The position numbers and the translations under genes were made by a program. The notes under the pieces were generated by a model, which searched no databases, was not told where the DNA came from, and saw only the letters and a list, made by a program, of their open reading frames with translations. A stretch of DNA of 64,000 nucleotides, counting the filler, from Sphacelaria rigidula (lineage: Eukaryota): the NCBI GenBank assembly GCA_964200075.2. It is 3 parts of 3 records of this genome, joined end to end, with 100 filler letters (N's around TTAATTAATTAA, not from the genome) between each part and the next. Parts side by side here need not be neighbours in the genome. Positions count along the whole stretch, not along the records: positions 1 to 21,603 come from CAXNAA020000403.1; 2 more parts are not named here. One strand, written 5' to 3'. The stretch's first letter is position 1. Each line of letters starts with the position of its first letter. Shown here one piece after another: positions 1 through 12,532 of the stretch.

Positions 1-62
1 TGGTCAAACGACAAAGGAAAGCAAACAATGAGGACGCCCCCCCCCGCCCCCCAGACACTCAC

Positions 63-3000
63 CTGAATGAATCCCATAAGGGATGTCATGCCGGACCCTC
101 CGGCGACCACAACCACCCTCTTGGCGCCCGCTTGCATCATCGAGTTGAAAGACTCCGCAGTGTTGTAGAAACCATCCACATCCACCAGCAGCGACTGCGG
201 AGAACCCGTGGCAGCTGGTGCCTCGCTGACAAGGCGCAGGGCCTTCGTCCACGGCCCGAGGTCCTTCACGTACACCGTGAACACATCCTCCTCTGAGAAG
301 GTCTTAACCTTCTCGGGCACAGATGACGGGGGGCTGCCGCGGAGTGCGACCGTGATGGCGTGGGCCTCGTCCGTTCCGAGGGCCGCTGGGACGCTGAGGT
401 AGACAAACGAGCCCCCCCTGGCGGACAGGGTCTTGGGGTTTCTGAGTACAAGGCGGGTGTAGTCGCCGGTGGTGAGGAGATCGACGAGGCTCGTGGGGCT
501 GGCCTTGGTCGCGGGGCTGAGCCATCGGTTCCAGTAACGCCACCTTTTTTGGAAAACCAAGACGGGAGGGCGGGAGGGGGAAGGGGGCGGGGGGGACAAT
601 GGTGTGATCATTAATATGCATGGCCGTGGACTGTTAGGCCATGGACCCTCGCATCCCTACAACACCGACACGGAGCACAGGTCGGGAGACGGTGGAGGGG
701 GGTTGGTGGCGTTAACGTGAGGCATAGGGCGCCAGGGGAGAGGAAAAGAGGTCCGAGTTGAAGTTCACGGCAGCAATGTCGCTCGAATATACCTGCCATA
801 GATATGTACCGCATACTCGAACGGTTAATGAGTGATCGGCTCCAAAGCTTATGCTGCACATTATTCTCAGATTTCACACAGTACAATTGCTGGCAACGAC
901 AACGACAACGACAACAACAACAACAACAGCTCGATGCGTTCTGCATCGTGAATTCAATCGAAGCGCCCCCTCACCTCTTCCAAGACTCGAGCCTTGACAG
1001 CACGTGCGTGGTGTATAGCACGAGCCCTCCCAGGAAGTAGAGAGTGTTAGGACCCCACTGAAAAAGAAATCATAAGTCATTCATCCGCACACAGCAGCGG
1101 AAGAAGGACACAGGAGGGGAGGGGGACGTACTCACGATCTCGCATTCCGTGGTCAAAATACTGTTGAACTCGTATCCCTACAAGCTGGGACGGAGCACGC
1201 CAGTTTTTCGCCGGACCGGGCTGGCAGGAAGGGAGGTGGGGGTGGGTGGGTAAGGAACGGGGGTCCGAATGCCGTCGGTTGTCGGTGTTACCGTTCATTG
1301 TAGCGTCTCCTTTGAGCAAATTAACAATTATTTCGAGATAGTGTGGGCAAATTAGATTTCAATGCCGTCATACTAGCACCTCCACAGTATTTCGCTACGT
1401 ACATAACTGATCTCCTTCCGTTGCGATTTGTGAAATTTGTCTGGCAGTTTTCGACGAGAGCTTGGTCTCTCTTCATGATCAAGAGCCAGCTAGGTGTGCT
1501 GGATGTCGATGGGCGGAAACAAGGGTTTAGTGTGAAGACTCGAACACATACGAGAGATACGATGTCCTGTTGTACTATAGTCACGCACACACACACGCAC
1601 GCACCTATCTGGTACGTACGTCACGCCACATAATCAATCGTTATATGTCGTTCTGCACAAACGCCGAATCTGCTTCGAATATCATTACAATGATATGGTG
1701 TTGCGGACATAGTGCATTCCTTTTCAACTATGATCACACAACACAACACAACACAACACAACACAACACAACACAACGGAACGCACAACACGGCAAGCCC
1801 CACGAGAACTGCCTAATGCCGCTTGCTAGATTGTGCCCCTTTATCTTCGGGGTATCCAGGGTAAAAATTGGGTACCAGGGCACCCAAGTCTCAATTATCC
1901 GGGGCGTATTGAGGGACACTCGTACCCGTGACGGGCATTTGCAAGGAGGGTAACCCTTGTGAGTTCGTGGGTAGTAGGCAAAAGGATAGCAACTCAAAAC
2001 ATATCTCTGTGAGGAAGGAGAGGGAATAAGACCGATGGTACTCACGTGCAAGGCGCCGAAGACAAAAACGCCGATGAAAAGCCAGTGGCTCAGCTTGAAC
2101 AGGCTGTACCAGCGGCGGCGCACGTAGTTGGCCGAGGTGATCCACATCGGGAGCGCGCAGAGAGCGGCCATCCAGCCCATGGGCGTGTCCACACCCCCGT
2201 GGGTGTCCGGGTCGACGTGGATAGACTCGTGTACGGCGTGGGCCCAGCCTTTGAACCAAACCCAGTGCGCGACGAGCAGGAAGGCGTGCAAGAACAGGGT
2301 GATGAAAGCGAGGTGGCCCGCGATGGCGTGGTAGAGCACGGCGCGCTCGAAGGGCACTCCGAGAGCGGACCAAATCTTGCTGTCTCGTGACACCGGGACG
2401 AGGATGATGGCGAAGTGGGAGGAGCACACCAGCCCCATGAAGATCCCAACCATCCTCAACCTGCATCATTGGATGAAGTTTACATCAATAGAGCACAGGT
2501 TGGATGCATGCATGTCCAGCGCACGATAATTAAACAAAGAGGTGCGGCAATGTGCGCGACAAGGAGTCTACCCCACCCGCCCCCCGAGGGGGGGGGATTC
2601 GGGGTAGTGATAGAGTGGCGGAGAATTCCCTCTCCGCCGCTTCAGACCCACTGGTGATAAAATGCATACAGTATACCATTACCTGTGTAAGCAAAGGTCT
2701 AAGGTTTGATACACGCATACCAGGGTGTACCACCATTAACTCTGTGTTGAAGTAGTGGTCGTATTATCATACTAATACGGATACAGTCCATATGTATAAT
2801 ATCATCATAGGTGTGGAAAGTTTTCGCGTCTGCGCACGCTTAATAGACGTACGGTATGATATCACAAGCCGACCCCAAGACGGAAACATGGCTTCGGCAA
2901 AATGAAAAAAAACGTGGTCAGACGTGGTTGACCGTTGCATGGACTTTCGGGTAGAGACCTGACGGCAAAACCAGTTTTGTGCAGTCTATATTTTTCCATG

Positions 3001-6000
3001 TACCGTTCAAGGTGTTTGTGTATGTCAACCATTTTCTCGGATAGTCACAAGTTTCTCGGAAAACCTTCCTCGGCAAAAACATACACAAATGTCCGTTATA
3101 TTCTCCATTAGCAATATATATGTGTTGGATTTGTATGATCACTTACCGGTATGTAGTACCGAAGTGAGTCGGAGTACACACAAATATCATGGCAGGTACA
3201 GATAAAGAGCAGCGTTTAGATCAAGCAATGAGCACAGTGCGGGCGCGCCCCGTTAGTCTAATTGTAAGTGTATAACGATCACGGTTAGGATGGAAGATAT
3301 GTGAATTCGGTTCCCGCCAGGTTAGTTTGGTCTCTCCTCACAGTACGAGTAACGCATAAAATTTCTACCGCTGAAGGTGTGAGGAAATGAGGTACCCCCT
3401 TCATTTTGCTGAGTTTGTTCGACGGGAGCCGGCGCGCAGTTCGTTCGACGAGAGTTGAACATGGTGCGGCAGTGATGATCCAATCCGCGTGACCGAGATG
3501 GGTTTCATCTTTCGAGATCACGGATTCGTCCCAAGCAAGGGGGGGGGAGTGTGAGGGGAAAACAAAGTGAGAGGCTACATGCACAAAAACAATGGATAAC
3601 TGTTTGTTTGCTGGAAGTTCACGTCGGGGTTATTTGATGACTTTTGGGCGTTTCGAGAAGTTCAGAGGTAAGTTTTGATATCCACCCGCATTGCATTGTG
3701 ATATTTTCACACTCGTTTGTACCGTCGCGCCGTCGGAGGGATGTGAGGTCAATGTCATATGACGACGGCATGCAAGATCATTAGTACACCCCGCCCACAC
3801 ACCCATGGTGAGACACCAACGAGGCAGTGTAAAACCCGCGGCAGTCACTAGAAGTGGCGATACTAAAAATGAAACAACTCATTTGAGGCTGTCATGCATA
3901 CGCGAGATGATCTGTACGCCTTGGGTCGAACAATCTTTGAAGCGTGTAGTTCACCCTTCATGCAGCTCGCCAAACACATTCCGCCCCTTCGCGCTTGGTA
4001 ATCGATTGCGAGCCTGGTCCGGCGAAACCCGGCGTGCTCCATTCCGGCTTTGTAGTGACGCAAGGTCAACGGTAACATGACTACGGCATGCAAGATCACG
4101 AGTACATCCCCCACCCCTCCCAAACACTTCTGCAGAGAAAATACCGAACGGAAACCTGCTGTCCTCTTCTGTTCACTCTAGTTCACTGAGTACAATCTAA
4201 ACTTAGTATGCACTCCGCCCGCCGACGGGTAGAATGGCTGCTTGCTGTGACCATACGCTTTGGCCATCAAAACGGTGCCGTAACGTGGGGGTGAGTCGAC
4301 CGCACAACTACCGTACAGCACAGTACGAATGGCAGAACCACAGCAACGGAACAAGGCAGCTCGGATCTCAGAGGCAAATACAAGTGCTTGCGACAGCACT
4401 CCCCCCTCCCTCTCCCTCCCCGCCCCCTCGGTATAATCGGCTGACTTTGTCTTTGGTTCAACAGACATCGTCAGAGTAAAATACTGTTGTGAAATTTACA
4501 TCGCCGTACCACCAAGAGAGGCCGAAACTTTACAATAGTTAGCTGATGCCTAATTCATAGCCGTCGTATACCGAAGGGAAAAGGAGAATAACGGGTTCAA
4601 CCATGCGCACTAGACTCCTTTTTGCGCCCAGGGCCGGGAAATACAGCACCAGTACGTATACCTGATATGCATGTTCCCTCGTAGTCTATTCTACAGGATA
4701 TCAGACGCCCAAAAATAATCGAATTTCTTGTTTGGATCCTCACTGTTTGCAGCGTTTTCGTCACACAATCGTAGCAAAGTCCGAAAACAGTATACAATAT
4801 CACAGAGAAAGCAATAACGAGCGGTGATTATCACAAGAGACCGCCGCGAGCTGGGCCAAGCGTTTTGCGGCATGCAATAGCTACTCGAATGTCACGTATG
4901 TATGGTATCATATCCACCGCCATAAACAGCGGGAAAATAGGTTGGCATAGCCACTTTGTTTTGTCAAGGCCCTCAAACTGGCGTTGATGCGTCCCAACCA
5001 ACTACGGGCCTTCATCAAGGCCAAGAATGGTCAGGTGTTTCCGTAGGAAGAAACAATGTGCTTGCATAATTTTTGGGAAACGAGCCGCGGTTCCACGTCC
5101 TTCAAGGCTTGTCAAAGTACGGTTTCAAGAAGAGCGAATCCTGAGAAATGAGGTCGGATATTCAGTTGAGGTTTACCTCCAAAACAGTGCTTTCACTGAC
5201 CCGAAATGATGGCAAATTACTTTCTGGTGGACGGCTTCACGCCCCCCGACCCCCCTGAATCTATTAGTTGAGTTTTCCCATCTTGCGTCCCCCCACAGGG
5301 GGTATGGGCGAAAGCACCTTTTTGCCTCGATTTCGGGGTGAAAAACGGACGCTTTTTAGCCCGAAATCGAGGCAAAAAATTGCTCTCGCCCGTACCCCCT
5401 GTGGCTGGACGCAAGATGGGAAAGCTCCGATAATAGTTTCGGGGAGGTCAGGGGGCATGACGTCGTCCACAAGAAAGCCATTTGCCATCATTTTGGGTCA
5501 GTGAGAAGGCATTGTTTTTAGGCTGAACCTATTTCCAATGCCCGACCTCATTTCTCGGGATCCTCTCCTTTTCGTGCAAATATCGGAAGAACTGGCTGCT
5601 CAGTGCCAATAGGTCATACTCAACTCTCAAAATTCAATCAACACTGAATGCAAGCAATCACGAAGCCAAGTCAAAAAATTTACACGTTCGCCACACAAAG
5701 CTCCGCAAACCTTGCCACGTTGCAGAGATGGGACCCTGACATTTTGCACCCCACCACGGTGTTATACCCTTCCACCGACCCTCTCTCTGGCGAATTGGTG
5801 CGTTTTGTTCTTTCTCAAAATGTGGGATCCCCTTAGAACCCCCCCCCCCCACCCCTCCCCGACCCCAAACAAAACAGAACGGTGTCTGCCGAAAATAAGA
5901 AAATGGATAATTGTTGTTGGCAGGGCTCAAGAACACGTGTGCCAAATTTTCAGGTCTACCAAAAGAAATGGCGTAGGCAATGAGTGAAGACACTGAATGA

Positions 6001-9000
6001 ATTTTGGGCGGGAAGCGTGAACCAGCTTGTGGAATCGGCACCAAATTATATATTATTATGTATGGGAATTTGGACCGGGTATGCACGTACTTGTATTGAT
6101 CGGGATCCGGCGAGAGTTCCCCCGTGTGCATGTTGCACCATGATGACGGGTCTGCCTCGCAAGGAATGTTGAATTCGAAGAAGTGGCCTCCGTGGTTGTT
6201 CACAGCTGGAGCACCGGACAGGCGAGACACAAACCGAATGCAGAAACGCACACCAAGGAATAAATTAGTAGATTACGACAAGGGTGACGATGTACGATGA
6301 GGACAATAATAAAGATGCTTCAGTATGAAACGATGAAATGACGACGATCGTGGGCGTTCGGGTGGAACTTTTGAGGGTAGATTTTGGCTAATAATGGCCG
6401 CAGCAGCATACCTGAAAGAGGATAACCTGTTAACAACGCTCATATGACACTGACTGCCTGCGTGATTTCGCAAATGCACGACTCATCTGCTCGATGATGC
6501 CGCCTTCGCCACGCCGGACAACCTTTTTGCCAGATTGAGGGCTTTGTAGCGAGCAATGCTACGGTAGGGGTGCACTTTGTGCGCGAAATCTTGTCTGGTT
6601 CAGGGGCTCCTAACGATTATAGATTGCACAAGAATATGGGTCAGGGCATCCCGTTTGCAAATCCATTCGGGATATCTCTAGCACATTGGAATAGTAATCC
6701 TGGAGTACTCACACAGATTTCTTAAGTGGCGTTTTGCATGAGATAAAGGGCTCCTCACAATAGTACCCTCCGAAAATATTTGTACGCCCATAGCATCATT
6801 CTAGCATGTGATTGAGAGCGAGGACTCACAGAATCGGAAATTCTAATGCATTCATTGACTAATGTTTCGTGGCGAATGCTTCGCCAAGCTGTTCGAGGAG
6901 CGGCTCGAATAAAGGCTCTTGGCCGGGTGATGCGTCCAACGTATATTTTTCTATAATTTGCCTCGTCGATCAGCAGGAATCTAGAACTCCAGGTTTCCTC
7001 AAATGGTCGAGTATTGCCTGACACATCTTTCACTGCCAAAATCCCCCTGCAGGCCTTACATGAGGCCTTACACCCCGCCTTCCGAGGTAGTTTGTCACTA
7101 GAGCCTCTGCTATCCCCGAGTAGGATATTGACGTGTGGTGGCGAGAAGCGCACGATACTCATGCTGTAGTAAATGCGAAAGGCACACATACGCAATAAGA
7201 AAAATGGCCAAGTTTAATCGAATCATTAAAATCACTTTCCAAATGTCGGACAATCTGGCGACAACGCTTTTACCGTTGGATCATCGTCTACAACTGTAGG
7301 CTAACGTGAAAGATTCTCTTCGAAAATGAGGTTAAACATTAAAACGAGCTTCAACTCCAAAACAGTGCTTCCCCGACCTGAACTCATGACAAATGGTCTT
7401 CATATTGACGACATCATGCCCCCCCCGACCTCCCTGAAACTATTTTTAGAGCATTCCGGTCTCGCGATTGCCTAAATGCGGGTGGGTATGTGCGAAAGCA
7501 CCATCATCAATTGAGGGCTGAAAGCGCCCGCCTTTCACTGCGAAATCGAGGCAAAAAGGTGATCTCGCACACACCCTTTGGAAAACCGGAAGGCAGGAAA
7601 ACCCTAAAAGTAGTTTCAGGGAAGTCAGGAGGCATGAGGTTGTTCAAAAGAAAGTCGGTTGGGGAAAGCACTGTTTCGGAATTGCAACTTACTTCGATTT
7701 CCGATCTCATTTCCGCGAAGATAATAATACTATTTTCTCTTGTCAAGGTTATCACTGGCCCAATGTGTCCGCGTACGTTTTTTTGCGATCCAATCGGGTG
7801 ACCTTTCCCTCAATCCTCAATCATCTCAAATACGGAGAACGATAATAAGGCTAATACACAGATCGCACTGCTTATGGACAGGGACGAACTGCTGATGACC
7901 AACGCGGTACTACTACTTTTGAAAAGCTATGCCGTCAAGGGGCCGCGCATTGTCATCACACCCATACCGCATACAAATCTAGACTATTATTGGAATAGAT
8001 TTTTGGTGGAGTTTTATAGCGCCAGATGTCCAGTATGTATGTTTCCTCACATTGCCATAACTGAGCACTCATGGCGATGAGCCAAAGGAACAGCACTGAA
8101 GCCTCCCCGACCGTCAGCCATCTGTCAAACAGCAGTAAGTACATGGATCGAACGACAGATCGAATCAAACATACACCAGACAAACGGAGGGAGCACATGA
8201 AATTGGTTTATTTTACGTGGATAAATGGCGTTGACTGTTTTCAGAATTTGGAATGTGACAATGACTCCGCAAGGCGAAGGACAAGACAGCACGGAGGCGG
8301 AGGCGGGTACAAGGACCGACACATAAATACGTGCAAGACTCGAAGATTTTGCCAACAGCGGTGCATGGCACAAGACTGTGTCATGTGTATGCCAGGCAGC
8401 TGGTGATGCGCCGACATATTACACCGGAAGGTGTACACCGGTGTCAGGAAAAAAGCGACGACACTACGAGTCACGTAAAACAATAAATGTATAAAATATA
8501 GTCAATTGCTTTACAGTCCTGCAGTTGCAGTTGCACCGAGAAAATAACAGGTTGTTTACCACCGATTGCCTTTGCCCTCAGGTTCACCAAGAATACCACA
8601 CGCGTTGATCACGGACCCTCACATTTCTGGATTTGGCGACTCAAGTATATTATGATCAAAAGCATCAGGGCGACTCACGGGGCATACTGGCCCAGAGGCC
8701 GAAACTTGTAGTGCACGAAGCTGTGAAGAAAGGCGAAGATGCCGGGGCTCTCTACTGCGTTGTCCTCTCCGTCCCTAGGAGTGGCAAGCTTGGCGCGGAG
8801 CTCCCTCCGCTTCCAGATTGCCTCGTACACGCCGCCAAGCGCAGCAGCGAGTACAATCGGCATGCCGACAAACACGACCAGCTGGTTGTAGAAGCTGCCG
8901 ATCTCAAGGTCGCTGGCGAGCTTGTATTCCATCTGGTCGTCTATCACCTGGGCCTCGTACCACTTAGCCAATTTTATTGCCAGGTAGAACACCCCCCAGC

Positions 9001-9064
9001 TCAGCATTGCGTAGCTCACGATCCTGATGCTCGTGAGAGCTACTGCTGTGCCGCCAGAAGTCAT
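63..9064 (-). CDS. Ferric reductase / NADPH-oxidase superfamily flavocytochrome (paralog A); exons 9064-8679, 8121-8051, 6205-6091, 2460-2046, 1057-975, 543-63; 3' end lies outside the window
   Basis: All junctions are GT-AG and the phases chain (2,1,2,0,2,0) into one open frame. Heme-ligating His pairs: YHAIAGHLAFITLFLH and SHWLFIGVFVFGALH. FAD-binding region: GSFVYLSVP..EAHAIT..FTVYVKDLGPWTKAL. NADPH-binding start: VDGFYN..VVVVAGGSGMT. Confidence 0.9.
893..929. repeat. (CAACGA)n/(CAA)n microsatellite in FRE intron
   Basis: Direct reading. Confidence 0.95.
1735..1792. repeat. (CACAA)n pentanucleotide microsatellite
   Basis: Direct reading. Confidence 0.95.
5130..5568. mobile_element. Foldback-like palindromic element; related copies ~7310-7725 and ~27480-27690 (half), short fragments ~28790-28950, ~30225-30300, ~30610-30640
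   Basis: ~210-bp imperfect inverted arms centred near 5348 (TTTTTGCCTCGATTTCGGG / CCCGAAATCGAGGCAAAAA). Confidence 0.8.
6551..6801. mobile_element. MITE family A (GAG termini, 4-bp TSD TAGC)
   Basis: TIR GAGCAATGCTACGGTAGGGG; flanked by TAGC on both sides; homologous to the copies listed below. Confidence 0.8.
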
Positions 9065-11995
9065 GATACTTTGGTTGCAGCGATCTACGCGCGACCTCTA
9101 AAATTTGTGCACTACGCGGGTGCTGTGTGCTGTGTTGCTTCGGGGGGCACCGTGCCTTGCTTGGTAGTGTCTCAGATCGAATGAGGGCGCCTCTGGCGGG
9201 GTGAGAGGGGCGCCGGATTGATGGGATCTACTGCGCTGCCACGAGAGAAGAGATGAGAGTATGTAAGGGGGGGGGGCAAGGATACATATCTTCTTACAAA
9301 ACCACAAACCTGCAATTTCGAATGCACAACAACCTGTTAATTTTTTTCTCAGGTGGCCTGTACAAACACGTGGTATAATAGAAGAATCCACAAACCTGTT
9401 ATTCACCTGTGCTCATACAAAAACGCCAACAGACTTTGAACCAACAACCTGTTAATTTGGGAGAACTACATGAAACGAGCAGAGCTTGTCAGCAAAGTTC
9501 AACCCCGCTGTATTCATGGTTGACACATGAACGGCATTTTGTCGCTGATGTGTGGCTCGTGGAGGTATACGGTGGTTGTTATCATTTTTCGGGTCGTGAA
9601 CGATAATGAAGCTCCTATTCGGTAGGGTTGACATATGCTTTCTGTACGGTACTATCCATTTGAATTATTAGGACAGCCTCGGGACAGCAGGTGTCCCCCT
9701 TTTCCTACAGTGAACACAATCATCACATGTGTGTATATCTGATTACGCAAACAAACCCGCTTCGAACTTTGCTGTAATCCGTTCAGGATCCAGTCGCTAA
9801 CAGCCGCATGTCATGATAACGATTCGTCCTGGTCCACAAACCCCAGATTCCGTGACGCTCTGGATCCTCCGCATTGTCGCCAAGCAAGTGCGGCTGGTGC
9901 CGGTTGGCGGTCGGCTGCCGTTTGTAATGAATACTGCGTTTATACGTTGTTCGTTTTGATTTTGTGTGCTGCGTCGGTTTGTCTCTCGGTCTACACCCTC
10001 AGTTTGTTCTTTATATAGAGAGGTATCTCATCCTCGAGATTCTCGTTTTATTTCACAAAAAATTATAAATGCGTGGATGGATGATCATATCAGGAACCTC
10101 GAGCTTGAGATACTGATACAAAGATATATCCTTTCCAGTCTCGGCGACGACAAATTCATGGTTGATAAAGGTAAGAACATGGAGTGCAGGTTTGCAGTGG
10201 TGGTTGCTGCTTCTCAGATCTTACATCCGAAAACTTCCAAAAACGAGAGCTGAAAAGACGTTCCGTGTTCCGTGGGGCTACCAACGCACACAGCACGCAC
10301 CCCGTGGAAGAAAAGCACCGCCCCTACTCTGCAAATACCCCGAGGTGTGTAAACTGAACCCTCGATGCCCGCAAAGAGGTCTCGGTCTGAGCAAGACTGT
10401 CAGCCCGAATAAAGGTCCAAATTTCGCTGTTAAAATGTTTTAGGCCTGGCAACCACACCCGAGGTTCCGCCGAGCCGAAGAGTATGACATTCTTCCCTTT
10501 GCGCCGCGTTTTGCTGGCTGTGACCCTGCCAACCCACAGCAGCAGCACAGCACTCCCGAGTGAAGAGAGCAACAGCTGAGCATGACACACCCAACCAGAG
10601 TGCAGCAGCCGCTGTGCCCCCGTACTCGCTAGAGATACTGCAGTGTAGATGTCTATGCTGTAGCGGTCGCAGTCGATCGAGAACATGACAGGCGGTGCTT
10701 CCGGAGGTACTGCTTACTCACGACGTCCTTGTCGCATACCTGTCGATATTAGATTGCGGCGTGTGCACACCTCGGCAGAAATAAAATACACTCAGTGAAT
10801 AAACACAATAGACTCGGTGGAAATTGCTCAGGAACATGTTCGGTCGGAAATCGCGGCTGTCATTCTTGGAAGTACTGTACTGTAGTAAAACCCGCGTACG
10901 TATATTTGCTTCTGCTCCTTGCCCGCTCTGTCCCGATTACCTCGGATGCCGGCAACGCTCACACACATCTACTTCGTATGTACAATAATACAAGAGCGCA
11001 CGGTAGCGACAGCCTGTAGTCAAAGTAGCAACATTATCTCACGCCTCGCCAAATTTGCCCAGACTATTAGAAGTGGTAAGTAGTCGAGGCACACGACACG
11101 GAACATGAACCCACAAATGTAGTCATGGTAGGTGCTAAGCTCGGAGGGGTGGTGTGTCCGTCATCTCAGCGGTCTCCACGCCAAGAATCTCTGTACACGG
11201 CAGCTGACCGTATCCGCCAACGCCTCGGCAATAAACTAGGGGAAAGCAGGCTGGGTGTCCCCGCTCCCTCAAAAACTCGGACTTTCGATCTTGGGGCCCA
11301 CATGTCCCGAAATATATTTTTGGCAGACGCTTGTAGCACACAGTATATTTTACATAGCATGATCATGGTTGAAAGCAGTAGACGTCGGTGTATACCACCT
11401 CGTGATCACAAATTCCCAAAAGCATACCTGTAGATGTTAGGTTGCGGGTTTCAGCTGTTGGCATCAAAAGTAGACCTAGGCAGAAACAAAAAATAGGGGT
11501 ACTAGAGTTTGCCTATCGACATGCCCCGCCGGCAATCACGGTGGTCATCATCGACATACTGCACCACACTGTACAGTGTAGCTAACAACGATAAAAAAAA
11601 TCCTGTAGATGTCGGTGTATGCCACCCTCGATTATATTTAAAAAAAAAACGTTGTACTGGCTGTCCAAAGAGCTCGCTCATGTAAGTGCATTTATCGCCA
11701 GCCTTCGGACGACACAACATGTTGCTGTTGTTGTCTTCAAATTTAAAACCGTTCCGATATCTGCGCAGTACTCTTTGCTGGGCATCCGATGCGGACGCCT
11801 TCCGTCGTCACAGGCTATCTACTCGCACAGTGCCCCAAAATAGGGTGAGATAATAAAAATAATTGAAAGGGAGAGACGCAGAAAAAATCACAGACCCGGT
11901 ATAAAACAAAAGGCAAACAAAAAAAAGGGGTAAGAAAAACTTACGGCAGGTTTTCGTTGGAACATGAAAGTAATGACACGGTCGTTGATTTTATA

Positions 11996-12532
11996 CAGTA
12001 GTGGGCGATCTAACTATTCATCTTGTGGCATTTTGTGATTTTTTCGTAATTGGGGATTTTCTTGGGCTCTTCTCGCTTGCCACCGCTCATCACATCCGGG
12101 ATCTGAAGATATTCGTATCCACTCCACATTCCTAGAAGAAAAATCATCTGCACTACATAGTGATTGACTTACGGACTGACCGGTCATCGGGGGTTCTGCC
12201 ACGTTTCAGCCCAGATTCTTACTCTTCTGTATTTTCGGTCGATCGAGCCCGTCCTGATCATACTTGTGAAGAAATATACAGTTTCATTGTTTCGAAATTA
12301 TGCCTACTCATTGCTCTAGGGCCGAAAAACTGTTTCACTGTCAATAACACCCTCCTGATGAACGGGGTATTTACTCGTTTCGCCCGATAACACCAACATA
12401 CACTGACTTGGGCACTGTGTTCGAGGATGATCTGTTGTGTTGTACCAAGATCTACCGACGCTAGCAATTTCGACTTCTATCGAAGAGTAGTACGCGAGAA
12501 AAAACTCAAAACACCCAGACCGCCCACTACTG
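11996..12532. mobile_element. Tc1/mariner-type MITE (TIR CAGTAGTGGGCG, TA TSD)
   Basis: TA|CAGTAGTGGGCG ... CGCCCACTACTG|TA. A diverged inverted copy lies at 16754-17285. Confidence 0.8.

Noticed and set aside
1131-1180. Extra 42-nt exon candidate in the reductase (AG..GTGAGT)
   Set aside because: GALH|WGPNTLYFLGG already gives the expected family spacing, and the peptide has no support.
6830-7195. FLLIDEA as a Walker B or transposase motif
   Set aside because: Single short motif, with no Walker A or other catalytic motifs found nearby.
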